Positions 15,523 through 25,093 of a stretch of DNA of 32,000 bases are shown here, in pieces (position 1 is the stretch's first letter; every line of letters begins with the position of its first letter). The notes under the pieces are model-generated. The model was not told where the DNA came from. It did no database searches and saw only the letters and a list, made by a program, of their open reading frames with translations. A program made the translations under genes and the position numbers. Origin of the DNA: Chlamydiota bacterium. Lineage in GTDB: Bacteria; Auribacterota; JACPWU01. Location of the stretch: the NCBI GenBank assembly GCA_016196885.1, contig JACPWU010000038.1, positions 30,001 through 62,000 of the forward strand, in the 5' to 3' direction.

Positions 15523-15840
15523 ATGAGTCTTTATGCGGTGATTGAGACAGGGGGAAAGCAGTATCAAGTGCGTCCGGGGGACGTTCTTCAGGTGGAGCGT
15601 TTAGACAAGACGCCTGAGGGGGCGATTTCTTTTGATCGGGTTCTTCTGGTTTCTAAAGAGGGTCAGATCAAGGTGGGGACGCCTATCCTTAATGGCGCAA
15701 AAGTATTAGGTAAATTTGTTAAAGAAGTGAAGGGTGAGAAACTCATTGCCTTTAAGTACAAAAGGCGTAAGAATTATCGTCGCAAAGTAGGGCATCGTCA
15801 GAAATATGATTTGGTGAAGATCGAGTCTGTTGATTTTTAA
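15523..15840 (+). CDS. rplU: 50S ribosomal protein L21
   Basis: [16 protein letters not shown]... and a [14 protein letters not shown] signature. Confidence 0.97.
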   Translation: MSLYAVIETGGKQYQVRPGDVLQVERLDKTPEGAISFDRVLLVSKEGQIKVGTPILNGAKVLGKFVKEVKGEKLIAFKYKRRKNYRRKVGHRQKYDLVKIESVDF

Positions 15841-15851
15841 AGGGATTTTTT

Positions 15852-16121
15852 ATGGCACATAAAAAAGGGATGGGCAGCTCCCGAAATGGTCGTGACAGCA
15901 ATTCCCAGAGATTAGGGGTGAAACGCTATGGAGGCCAATGGGTGAGTGGTGGCTCTATTTTGGTTCGTCAACGCGGCACTCGCATTAAGCCCGGACTCAA
16001 TGTTGGGATTGGCTCGGACGATACCCTTTATGCCAAAATTCCGGGCATTGTGGTTTTTGAAGGTCATGACTCTCGCAACAAACGGGTGCGCATTCAACCC
16101 GCTCTAGCACATTCTGCGTAA
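15852..16121 (+). CDS. rpmA: 50S ribosomal protein L27
   Basis: [29 protein letters not shown]... canonical L27 N-terminus. Confidence 0.97.
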   Translation: MAHKKGMGSSRNGRDSNSQRLGVKRYGGQWVSGGSILVRQRGTRIKPGLNVGIGSDDTLYAKIPGIVVFEGHDSRNKRVRIQPALAHSA

Positions 16122-17181
<1,060 letters not shown>

Positions 17182-17182
<1 letters not shown>

Positions 17183-18252
17183 TGAAGAAAGTCAAGCGTG
17201 TGGTAGTCAAGGTGGGCACCAAGCTTTTGGTGGATGCCGAGGGTCGCCTCAGCCATGGGCGCATGAATCAATTGGTTCGAGAGCTGGACTGGCTTTTGAA
17301 AAGCGGCCGGGAGGTGGTGTTGGTGAGTTCCGGGGCGATTGTGACGGGGCTTGAGGCGCTGGGGATGAAGAGGAGACCGAGGGCGCTTCCCGAGTTGCAG
17401 GCAGCAGCGGCGATTGGTCAGGGGCTTTTGCTTCATCTTTATCAGGAAATTTTTTCGAGGTATAAAATTCGCATCGCCCAGGTTCTTCTCACCCGAGAAG
17501 ATTTAAAGGAACGCCATCGGCATTTGAATGCCAAAAATACATTTGAGGCCCTTTTGGGAGAGCACGTTCTTCCCATTGTGAATGAGAATGACACGGTGGC
17601 TGTGGAGGAAATTAAGTTTGGGGACAATGACCAGCTGTCGGCCCTGGTGACGGATTTGGTACAGGCAGAGCTTCTTGTGATTTTGACTGATCAGGATGGT
17701 TTTTTGAAGGAGGGCTCTGTGGTTCCGATGGTTTTTGAGATCAATGAAGATCTCCAGAGGGCTGCCCATCGAGCGAATGATTGGAAAGGGGTGGGAGGGA
17801 TGCAGTCTAAATTAGAGGCTGCAAGAATGCTGATGCGCTCGGGGGCAATGATGTTGATTGCAAATGGCCATCAAAAGGGGATCATGGAAATGATTTTTCA
17901 GGATCACAGAGGAGGCTCTCTTTTTGTTCCCAAGGGTCGCCGCCTCTCAGGAAAAAAACGCTGGATTGCCCATTTTGTGAAGCCTCAGGGGAGTTTGATT
18001 TTGGATGAGGGTGCGGTCGCTGCGATTTGTAAACAGGGGAAAAGTCTTTTGGCGCCTGGAATTGTAGAAGTGAGAGGTTCTTTTAAAGCGGGCGAAACGG
18101 TGAGTATTTTGGATGCTCAGGCAATAGAGGTGGCGAGGGGGCTCGTCGCCTACGATGCGGACACCTTGAGAGAGATGAAAAAAAATATTTTGGGAGGGTC
18201 TGCAGCTTCTTTCAAAGAAGTGATTCATCGGAATAATTTAGTGATATTATAA
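17182..18252 (+). CDS. proB: Glutamate 5-kinase with a PUA domain
   Basis: VVKVGTKLL, VSSGAI, NENDTVA and a C-terminal PUA region. The ATG at 17182 overlaps the obg TGA (TGATG). An in-frame ATG at 17167 is the alternative. Confidence 0.93.
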
Positions 18253-18256
18253 AAAC

Positions 18257-18284
18257 CGTCGTTCGTGTTTCGTACTTCGTTAAA
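18257..18284. repeat. Unpaired heptamer array H4 (CGTNNTT)
   Basis: cgtcgtt cgtgttt cgtactt cgttaaa, between proB and proA. The word is related to H6 and H11. Confidence 0.7.
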
Positions 18285-18296
18285 ATCGGGATCACG

Positions 18297-19553
18297 ATGA
18301 ATGTTAAAAGCTATATAGAAGATGTTTGTAAAAGATCGAGGGAGGCTTCTCGAATTCTCAACGCTCTTTCTTCCCGCCAGAAGAATAAGGCCCTTGGCGT
18401 CATGGCGGACTCCATCGACCATTTTTTTGAGAAGATTTCTTTGGCCAATGAAAAGGATTGGGCCGAGGGCGAGAAAAAATCTTTAAGTCCAGCTCTTTTA
18501 GATCGTTTAAAGTTGGATCTCAAGAGAACGAAGTTGATGAGCGAGGGGCTCAGAGAGGTGGCCGCTCTTCCCGATCCGGTGGGAGAGGTGATGGAGGCGT
18601 GGACGCGACCCAATGGCATGGAGATTCAGAAAATCCGTGTGCCTTTGGGTGTGATTGCAATTATTTATGAATCTCGGCCGAATGTGACGGTGGATTCAGC
18701 GGGACTTTGTTTTAAATCTGGGAATGCGGTGATTTTAAGAGGGGGCTCTGAGGCAATTCATACCAATCAAATCCTGGCCCAGATTCTAGGTGAGGCCCTT
18801 TCGAAGGTAAAAATTTCTTCCGATGCAATTCAGTTGATTGAGATGACGGACCGCGAAGCTATTTTTGAACTTTTGAAAATGAGTCAATTTGTGGATTTGG
18901 TGATTCCTCGTGGGGGAGAGGGTTTGATTCGCACGGTGGCCGAGCATGCCCGGATGCCGATCATCAAGCATTATAAAGGGGTCTGCCATGTGTTTGTAGA
19001 CAGCGATGCCGATTTTGAGATGGCAGAAAAAATTATTTTGAATGCGAAAGTCCAGCGCCCAGGCGTTTGCAATGCGGCGGAGACACTTTTGGTCCATCAA
19101 GATTTGAAAGACACGTTTTTGCCCCGTGTGATTCGCTCCTTGCAAGAAAAGGGGGTGGAGATTCGGGGTTGTCCCCAGACCTGTGCCGCGGTGAGCGGTT
19201 TGAAAAAGGCAACGCAGGAGGATTGGGGTACGGAATATTTAGATTTGATTTTGTCGGTGAAGGTGGTAAAGGATGTCGAGGATGCGATTGGCCACATCAA
19301 TCATTATGGTTCCATGCATTCGGATTCTATCGTGACAAAAAATGAGGCGAATGCCCAGGCCTTTTTGAGTGGAGTGGATTCCTCGTGTGTGTATCACAAT
19401 GTGTCCACCCGTTTCACCGATGGCTTTGAATTTGGTTTTGGCGCAGAGATTGGGATTAGTACAGAAAAGATTCATGCCCGGGGTCCGATGGGACTTAGAG
19501 AATTGACAAGTTATAAATATCTAGTAAGGGGGAGTGGGCAGGTTCGCGACTGA
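18297..19553 (+). CDS. proA: Glutamate-5-semialdehyde dehydrogenase
   Basis: 418 aa aldehyde-dehydrogenase fold with IIYESRPNVT, VCNAAETLLVH and HGSMHSD. Confidence 0.95.
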   Translation: MNVKSYIEDVCKRSREASRILNALSSRQKNKALGVMADSIDHFFEKISLANEKDWAEGEKKSLSPALLDRLKLDLKRTKLMSEGLREVAALPDPVGEVMEAWTRPNGMEIQKIRVPLGVIAIIYESRPNVTVDSAGLCFKSGNAVILRGGSEAIHTNQILAQILGEALSKVKISSDAIQLIEMTDREAIFELLKMSQFVDLVIPRGGEGLIRTVAEHARMPIIKHYKGVCHVFVDSDADFEMAEKIILNAKVQRPGVCNAAETLLVHQDLKDTFLPRVIRSLQEKGVEIRGCPQTCAAVSGLKKATQEDWGTEYLDLILSVKVVKDVEDAIGHINHYGSMHSDSIVTKNEANAQAFLSGVDSSCVYHNVSTRFTDGFEFGFGAEIGISTEKIHARGPMGLRELTSYKYLVRGSGQVRD

Positions 19554-19555
19554 AT

Positions 19556-19805
19556 ATCAAAATCCAAAAATGGAAGTAAGAACAAAAACTCTTGTGCGTA
19601 GTAGTTTTTCCCTCCCCTTAAGACGACCGAGTCCGGGTACCCGCCGCAGCGGGTGGACGAGGAAGTGGTTGAAGTCGAGAGACGAAAACCATAAGGGGAG
19701 ATGGAGAGGTTATGAGATTGCTCGCATAACTCCCCCATCCCCTCTTAACTTAAGAGGGGAGAAAAACCTTCATTTTGCATTTTGATTTTTGAATTTTGAT
19801 TTTAT
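19556..19805. repeat. Heptamer hairpin H5 (word AAAATCC / CATTTTG) whose arms are split by a ~190-nt GC-rich structured insert
   Basis: Left arm atcaaaa tccaaaa atg (19556-19572). Right arm cattttg cattttg atttttg aattttg attttat (19771-19805). 19557-19571 pairs with 19785-19799 with one mismatch. Insert stems: CTCCCCTTA (19612-19620) / TAAGGGGAG (19692-19700); ACCCGC cgca GCGGGT (19639-19654); CCCCTCTTAA c TTAAGAGGGG (19739-19759). Confidence 0.8.
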
Positions 19806-19818
19806 CTGTGGACTTCTT

Positions 19819-20460
19819 ATGAGAATTGGCTTATTCGGAGGTACGTTTGATTCCATTCATGTCGGGCATTTGATTTTGGCAGAGCATGTTCGACAGAAGA
19901 TGGCATTGGACAAGGTGATTTTTATTCCAAGTGCCAGTCCTCCGCATAAAAAGGGTTTGGCAATGACGCCTGCCCCTTTGCGGTTGAAGATGGTGGAGCT
20001 TGCCATTGAAGGGAATGCTCACTTTCGTGTTTCTCGAATCGAATTAGATCGGTCCTCTCTCTCTTATTCCATGGATACGGTGGTGGCCTTCAAGAAAAAA
20101 TATCCCCAGCATTCTTTCTTTTTTATAGTGGGATCTGATAGTTTGTTTAAATTGTACACTTGGTATGGTGTGGAGAAATTGATAAAACTGTCTGATTTTA
20201 TTGTGGCAACACGCCCCGGGTTTTCTCTTAGAAATGTGAGTGCCAAGAAACTTCGCTTGAGTGAAAAGGCGTTTCAGAAAGTGACACGGTATTGTGTGAG
20301 GATGCCTGAGATTGGAATTTCTTCGACCCAAATAAGAAAGAGAGTTGCAGAGGGTCTTTCGGTGAGGTATCTTGTACCTGAAAAGGTGCAGAAGTTTATT
20401 GAAAGAATGAAACTTTATAGAAAGGGGGATTATCATCGAGGCAAGAGCGATGGCACTTGA
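19819..20460 (+). CDS. nadD: Nicotinate-nucleotide adenylyltransferase
   Basis: MRIGLFGGTFDSIHVGH (GxFxPxHxGH motif) and ISSTQIR. Start placed at the ATG 19819. The ORF-track extension from 19789 is translated repeat. Confidence 0.92.
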   Translation: MRIGLFGGTFDSIHVGHLILAEHVRQKMALDKVIFIPSASPPHKKGLAMTPAPLRLKMVELAIEGNAHFRVSRIELDRSSLSYSMDTVVAFKKKYPQHSFFFIVGSDSLFKLYTWYGVEKLIKLSDFIVATRPGFSLRNVSAKKLRLSEKAFQKVTRYCVRMPEIGISSTQIRKRVAEGLSVRYLVPEKVQKFIERMKLYRKGDYHRGKSDGT

Positions 20461-20779
20461 GTGTGCTCGGGTGGGTCATTCAAAAAATGGTGAGAATATT
20501 TTGGTCTTAGATATTCAGGATGTTTCAACGGTGGCTCTCTATTACGTGATTGTGACGGGCCGTGTGGATAAGCATGTGAAGGCGATTGCGAATGAGATTG
20601 ATGAGAAGTTGGAAGAAAAAGGGGTGAGCTCTTATCATCGTGATTCGGATAGGGATTCAAAATGGATTGTCCTGGATTATTGGGATGTGATTGTGCATGT
20701 TTTTGATCCCGCGACACGGGAATATTATCAATTGGAGAAGCTCTGGGGAGATGCGGAGGAAGTGAAGTGGGATGAATAA
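20450..20779 (+). CDS. rsfS: Ribosomal silencing factor RsfS (iojap/YbeB)
   Basis: ILVLDIQDVSTVALYYVIVTGRVDKHVKAIA...WIVLDYWDVIVHVF...YYQLEKLWGDA. Overlaps the nadD 3' end by 11 nt. Confidence 0.92.
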   Translation: MALECARVGHSKNGENILVLDIQDVSTVALYYVIVTGRVDKHVKAIANEIDEKLEEKGVSSYHRDSDRDSKWIVLDYWDVIVHVFDPATREYYQLEKLWGDAEEVKWDE

Positions 20780-22460
20780 GATTATTTGTGCAACCCTCTC
20801 AGGTGTTTTAGAAAAAGCCTTGCTCAAGCTGAAGGATTCGGGAAAGATTTCTTTTGAGACGCTTTCCCAGATTCGGGTCGAGCCGACGAAGGATCCCAAG
20901 TTTGGGGATGTCTCGACCAACGTGGCGATGGCGATGGCGGCTCAAGCAAACCTTCCGGCGCCTCGTTTGGGGGCCTTGCTCGTCGAGGTGTTGAAAGAGG
21001 CTTCTTTCAATGGTGTTGTGGAGTCGGTTGAAGTGGCAGGCCCGGGGTTTATCAATTTTCGTTTGGGGAGGGATCCTTGGATCGAGGTGTTGGCTGAGAT
21101 TTTAAAGAGCGGCGCAGGCTATGGAAAATCCTCTTTGGGTCAGGGGAAAAAAATCTTGATCGAATTTGTGAGTGCAAACCCGACAGGGCCTTTGACCTTA
21201 GCGCATGGCCGCCAGGCAGCGGTGGGAGACAGCCTGGCTCGGATCATGAAGACTTCTGGTTTTCAAGTTCACAAAGAATATTATTTGAATGATCGGGGTC
21301 GGCAAATGTCAGTTTTGGGTCGCTCGGTTTATTTAAGGTATCAAGAATGTTTTGGAAAAAAAATCACCTTTCCGGAGGATTTTTATCAAGGCGATTATAT
21401 TTTGGATTTGGCCAAGGAGGTGGTTGAAAAAGAGGCAGATCGCTTTTTGAAGGAAGATGAAAAGGACGCGGTCGAGTTTTTTTCAAAATATGCAGGCGAT
21501 CGGATTATGGAGGACATTCGAAAGGATTTAAGTGATTTTGATGTGGAATTTGATCATTATTTTAGCGAGCGGGCCTTTGTGGCGACGGGACGGGTGGAGG
21601 CTTGTTTGAATGAGCTTAAAAAGAAGGGCTATACCTACGAGCAAGAGGGAGCCTTGTGGCTGCGCTCAACCCCTTTTGGGGATGACAAGGATCGCGTGCT
21701 GATTAAAAGCTCAGGGGAGATGACATACATTAGTCCGGATGCCGCTTATCACGAAGATAAATTGCGCCGTGGTTACGATGAGGTGGTGGATATTTGGGGG
21801 CCTGATCATCATGGATACATCCCGCGGTTAAAGGCGGCGGTGGCGGCCCTGGGGCAAAATCCAGAGCGTCTGAAGGTGATTATTCTGCAATTGGCCACTC
21901 TGTTTGAAGGAGGGCAAAAGCTTTCGATGTCCACGCGTCGTGGCGAGTATGTGACGCTGAGACAAATTATGGATGAAGTGGGAAAGGATGTGGGGCGGTA
22001 TTTCTTTTTGATGAGAAAGACGGATAGCCATTTGGATTTCGATTTGGAATTGGCAAAAAAAGAGTCTCTCGAAAATCCAGTGTATTATATTCAATATGCG
22101 CATGCCCGGATTTCCAGCATTTTTGAAAAATACATGCGTGAAAGCGGCTCTCATGAAGAGATAGGTTTAAATTCTCTTTCCTGTTTAAAGACTTTGGAAA
22201 AAGAAGAGGTGGAATTAATTAAAAGGCTGGGTCTTTTTCAAGAGGTGTTGGAGGGATGCTGTCACTCTTTAGATCCTTATCCCTTGACGGATTATTTATT
22301 GAAAGTGGCGCAGAGTTTTCATCAATTTTATACGCAGCATCGGGTGATTTCGGAGTCTCAGGAGAAGACACAGGGGCGCTTGGCCTTGGTGAAGGCGGTG
22401 AAGATTGTCTTGAGAAATGGGCTAGGGCTTTTGGGTGTGAATGCGCCGGAGGCGATGTAA
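20772..22460 (+). CDS. argS: Arginine--tRNA ligase
   Basis: SANPTGPLTLAHGR (HIGH variant), MSTRRG, and a C-terminal DALR anticodon-binding domain. Overlaps the rsfS 3' end by 8 nt. Confidence 0.96.
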   Translation: MNKIICATLSGVLEKALLKLKDSGKISFETLSQIRVEPTKDPKFGDVSTNVAMAMAAQANLPAPRLGALLVEVLKEASFNGVVESVEVAGPGFINFRLGRDPWIEVLAEILKSGAGYGKSSLGQGKKILIEFVSANPTGPLTLAHGRQAAVGDSLARIMKTSGFQVHKEYYLNDRGRQMSVLGRSVYLRYQECFGKKITFPEDFYQGDYILDLAKEVVEKEADRFLKEDEKDAVEFFSKYAGDRIMEDIRKDLSDFDVEFDHYFSERAFVATGRVEACLNELKKKGYTYEQEGALWLRSTPFGDDKDRVLIKSSGEMTYISPDAAYHEDKLRRGYDEVVDIWGPDHHGYIPRLKAAVAALGQNPERLKVIILQLATLFEGGQKLSMSTRRGEYVTLRQIMDEVGKDVGRYFFLMRKTDSHLDFDLELAKKESLENPVYYIQYAHARISSIFEKYMRESGSHEEIGLNSLSCLKTLEKEEVELIKRLGLFQEVLEGCCHSLDPYPLTDYLLKVAQSFHQFYTQHRVISESQEKTQGRLALVKAVKIVLRNGLGLLGVNAPEAM

Positions 22461-22466
22461 AAAACC

Positions 22467-22535
22467 CGTGCATCGTGCTTCGTACATCGAACATCGAAAA
22501 AACAGTGCGATGTACGATGTTCGATGCACTGTACT
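22467..22535. repeat. Heptamer-array hairpin H6 (word CGTNCAT / CGATGTN)
   Basis: Left arm cgtgcat cgtgctt cgtacat cgaacat cgaaaaa (22467-22501), 6-nt loop, right arm cgatgta cgatgtt cgatgca ctgtact (22508-22535). It ends immediately before the SD GGAGGG at 22537-22542. Shares the 13-mer CGTGCTTCGTACA with H11. Confidence 0.9.
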
Positions 22536-22545
22536 TGGAGGGAAA

Positions 22546-22824
22546 ATGATAGAGGTTCGTTTGGATGAATTACCGAATGGGTATGAGAGCGCGACGGTAG
22601 AGTTTTGGTTTGTGGAGGAAGGGGATCGCGCAACAGAAAGTGGCAAATTTGTTAAGTTGAGCATGGATGGGAAGCCTTTTATTTTTACGTCGCCGGCGAC
22701 AGGGGTGGTGAGTGAAATTTATTGCGATGAAGGAGAGGAAATTTCTTTGGGTGAGGTGATCGCCGTTTTGGAACCAGAGCGAGAGAAAGAGGAGGAAGTA
22801 GAAGAGTTGGAGGAAATGGATTGA
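22546..22824 (+). CDS. Small acidic protein with a biotinyl/lipoyl-like (barrel-sandwich hybrid) domain
   Basis: 92 aa from the ATG at 22546. VEEGDRATESGKFVKLSMDGKPFIFTSPATGVVSEIYCDEGEEISLGEVIAVLE follows the lipoyl-domain pattern, but the canonical attachment Lys position appears to hold Gly (MDGK). Glu-rich tail. Stop overlaps the next start (TTGA). Confidence 0.5.
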   Translation: MIEVRLDELPNGYESATVEFWFVEEGDRATESGKFVKLSMDGKPFIFTSPATGVVSEIYCDEGEEISLGEVIAVLEPEREKEEEVEELEEMD

Positions 22825-23957
22825 AAAGAGTTCTCATTTTCTACATCTCTGTCAATTCAGGACATCATGTGGCAGCACGGGCCATTGAAAATGCACTTTT
22901 GAGGCAGGACGACACTTTAGAAATTTTGAATATCAATGCCCTGAATTACATCAGTCCCCTTTTGGAAAAGTTGGTGATCAAGACTTACATGGGGGTGGTT
23001 AAGAATACCCCTGAGCTTTGGGAATATTTGTATGACAATTCGAAGGTGAAAGAGAAGCTCTCGAAGTTTAGAGAGATGGCCCATCGCCTCAATTCTTCTC
23101 GGCTGATTCAACTGGTGGGTGATTTTCGTCCCGATGTAGTGATTTGTACCCAGGCCTATCCTTGCGGAGTCCTGGCCTCCTATAAGGCTGAACATCCAGA
23201 CAGCTTTGCCTTGGTGGGGGTTGTCACGGATTATGTGGCGCATTCTTATTGGGTATTAAATGAAGTGGATCTTTTTGCGGTTCCTACGGAATTGACTCGG
23301 CAAAGGCTCATCGATTCTGGTATTGCTCAAGAGCGGGTGTTGGTTTTAGGCATCCCTGTAGATCCCGTTTTCAGCCGTAAACTGGATCGTAAGCTTTTGA
23401 AATCCTGGCATGGCATTCCTGAAGATCGCTCGGTGGTCCTGGTGATGGGGGGTGGGCAAGGTCTCATTCCCCTTCGTGAAATTGTGATGGCGCTTCAAGA
23501 AGTGAGACACCCGATTCATATTATTGCTGTGACGGGCCGCAATACCTCTTTAAAAGCCAAGCTCAAGGCCGTTCGAAAAAAATGTCGAACCCCTCTCACG
23601 GTTTATGGTTATGTGAATGACATTGATGTGTTGATGGAGATGGCGGATCTTTTGATCAGCAAGCCGGGGGGCTTGACCAGTTCAGAGACTTTGGTGAAGA
23701 GGCTGCCCATGATTATTTTTAAACCCCTACCCGGGCAAGAGTCCAAGAATTGTGAATTCTTAGTGGAGAGCGAGGCAGCCTTGAAAGTAGATCAGGTAGA
23801 TGAAATTCCCGCATTGGTCGAAGATTTGGTCAAGCATCCTGAGAACATGGAAAGAATTCGTTCGAACATTGATTTGTTGAGAAAGCCCCAAGCCGCGATG
23901 AACATTGCAAAAGCTGTTTTTGAGAGCGTACAGCGTGTAGGATTCAGCGGACAGTAG
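22821..23957 (+). CDS. GT28 glycosyltransferase, MGDG-synthase / UgtP-like diacylglycerol glycosyltransferase
   Basis: 378 aa. N-terminal MGDG_synth-like region (ILIFYISVNSGHHVAARAIENAL) and C-terminal GT28 region (VLVMGGGQG, ISKPGGLTSSE). TTG start at 22821. Confidence 0.8.
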   Translation: MKRVLIFYISVNSGHHVAARAIENALLRQDDTLEILNINALNYISPLLEKLVIKTYMGVVKNTPELWEYLYDNSKVKEKLSKFREMAHRLNSSRLIQLVGDFRPDVVICTQAYPCGVLASYKAEHPDSFALVGVVTDYVAHSYWVLNEVDLFAVPTELTRQRLIDSGIAQERVLVLGIPVDPVFSRKLDRKLLKSWHGIPEDRSVVLVMGGGQGLIPLREIVMALQEVRHPIHIIAVTGRNTSLKAKLKAVRKKCRTPLTVYGYVNDIDVLMEMADLLISKPGGLTSSETLVKRLPMIIFKPLPGQESKNCEFLVESEAALKVDQVDEIPALVEDLVKHPENMERIRSNIDLLRKPQAAMNIAKAVFESVQRVGFSGQ

Positions 23958-24004
23958 AAAGAATCAAAACTGTACGCTGTCCGCTGAACGCTATACGCTT
24001 CCTT
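23925..24004. repeat. Heptamer-array hairpin H7 (word AGCGNAC / CTGNNCG)
   Basis: Left arm agcgtac agcgtgt aggattc agcggac agtagaa (23925-23959; it encodes the last 10 aa and the stop of the GT28 gene). Loop. Right arm ctgtacg ctgtccg ctgaacg ctatacg cttcctt (23970-24004). A perfect 12-bp core TTCAGCGGACAG / CTGTCCGCTGAA. Confidence 0.9.
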
Positions 24005-24015
24005 TCGGATCTATC

Positions 24016-24894
24016 ATGCTGCTGGCAGTGCTCTATCACATCTTAAGGTGGATTGTGAATGTATTCCCTTTCTCTTGGGGGATGAAATTATTTTCTGCCT
24101 CTTTTGCCTTCGGATATTGGTTTTGCCCTCAAAGACGTCGCATCATTGAAGAAAATCTTTCCGTCATCTTGCCAAATACGAATCTTGAAAAAAACGTGAA
24201 GGAAGTTTTTGCTTTTTTTGGTCGCTACTTGGCGCTTTTTTTAAGCTCTACGAAGAGAAAAGAAAATTTGAGAAGGATGACGAGAACGCAAGGGCTTGAA
24301 AATCTCATTCGTCCTTATCAGGGGGGGAGAGGGGTGATTGCCTTAACTGCTCATTTGGGCAATTGGGAAATGGGGGCGTATTTGGTTGTCCGCGAGGGGA
24401 TGAAGGTGAGCGCCGTTTTCATGAATCATGACAATGATCGAGCCAATCGTTTGTTCATCGCCCAAAGAGATGTGCCAGGTTTGACGGTGATCCCTTGGGG
24501 GGATCATGCGACCTCCAAATGTTTGGAGGCATTGAAGGCGGGTCACGTTTTAGCCATTGCGGGCGATATTGATTTTTTGGGAAATGGAATGGAGGTCAAT
24601 CTTTTCGGGAAAAGGGTGCGAATTCCGAAAGGGCCCATTGTTCTTGCAAAGAGAAGGGGAGTTCCGATTGTGCCCGGAGGATATGTTTGGACGGATTCGG
24701 GAGGACTTTTTTTCTTTGAGAACCCCATTTTATCGGAAGGTCTTTCAGAAGAGATGTTGGCCAGTCGTGTCGCTGGGGCCCTCGAAAAAATGATTCGGAA
24801 ATATCCAACGCAGTGGTTGTGTTTTGAGAGGATGTGGAAGATAAAGAATCCAAAATCCAAAAATCAAAATGACTCTTTGCAAGAGTCATTTTAA
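24016..24894 (+). CDS. LpxL/HtrB-family lysophospholipid or lipid A-type acyltransferase
   Basis: 292 aa. LTAHLGNWEM (HX4E acyltransferase motif of the Lip_A_acyltrans family) and an N-terminal membrane segment. Confidence 0.8.
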   Translation: MLLAVLYHILRWIVNVFPFSWGMKLFSASFAFGYWFCPQRRRIIEENLSVILPNTNLEKNVKEVFAFFGRYLALFLSSTKRKENLRRMTRTQGLENLIRPYQGGRGVIALTAHLGNWEMGAYLVVREGMKVSAVFMNHDNDRANRLFIAQRDVPGLTVIPWGDHATSKCLEALKAGHVLAIAGDIDFLGNGMEVNLFGKRVRIPKGPIVLAKRRGVPIVPGGYVWTDSGGLFFFENPILSEGLSEEMLASRVAGALEKMIRKYPTQWLCFERMWKIKNPKSKNQNDSLQESF

Positions 24895-25068
24895 ATTTTG
24901 ATCTGTCATTTTGATTTTTGCTATGAAAGTGAGGCTCATTTTGTAGTCGCCCCATTTATGGGGCTGCCCGATGAATCGGGCGACTACAAAAAAAGCATGA
25001 TGGGGAGAACTTTCATCGCACACGATGATCTCGAAAGATCATTGGAATTGATATTTGAATTTTGGATT
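24847..25068. repeat. Composite island H8: heptamer arms (AAAATCC / ATTTTGN) enclosing nested palindromes and REP-like copy 2
   Basis: Left arm aatccaa aatccaa aaatcaa (24847-24867). Perfect 12-bp palindrome AAAATGACTCTT tgc AAGAGTCATTTT (24866-24892). 13-nt ATTTTGATTTTTG (24908-24920) is complementary to the left arm. REP module at 24943-24987. Hairpin GATGATCT cgaa AGATCATT (25024-25043). Distal arm TTGAATTTTGGATT (25055-25068) is complementary to 24847-24860 with one mismatch. Confidence 0.85.
24943..24987. repeat. REP-like multi-hairpin module, copy 2 (two hairpin units)
   Basis: GTAGTC [GCCCCA ttta TGGGGC] t [GCCCGA tgaa TCGGGC] GACTAC. The same 6-bp clamp and terminal unit as copy 1. 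Confidence 0.85.
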
Positions 25069-25093
25069 TATCTTGGAAAGGTATGACTAAAGT

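Noticed and set aside
19680-19700. NAD+ riboswitch (nadA-motif-like) upstream of nadD
   Set aside because: Only a vague ACGAAAACC...GGGG resemblance. I cannot reproduce the tandem-domain consensus from memory with confidence, so no call is made.
19511-19785. ORFs 19534..19785 (+) and 19511..19738 (-) across the proA-nadD spacer
   Set aside because: Both start inside or antisense to proA and run through the GC-rich structured insert. Their composition is low-complexity and no start signals are visible. An RNA or repeat explanation is preferred.
22441-22545. N-terminal extensions offered by the ORF track: 22441 for the lipoyl-like protein, 31179 for bcp, 19789 for nadD, 3395 for leuS, 26660 for the antiporter
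   Set aside because: In each case the extra residues are translated repeat or promoter sequence. A downstream ATG coincides with the conserved protein N-terminus. For the 22546 and 31233 starts, a GGAGGG precedes the ATG.
24898-25086. 62-aa ORF (…APFMGLPDESGDYKK…)
   Set aside because: It is a translation of heptamer arms plus REP copy 2. It has no SD and lies entirely within the composite repeat island.
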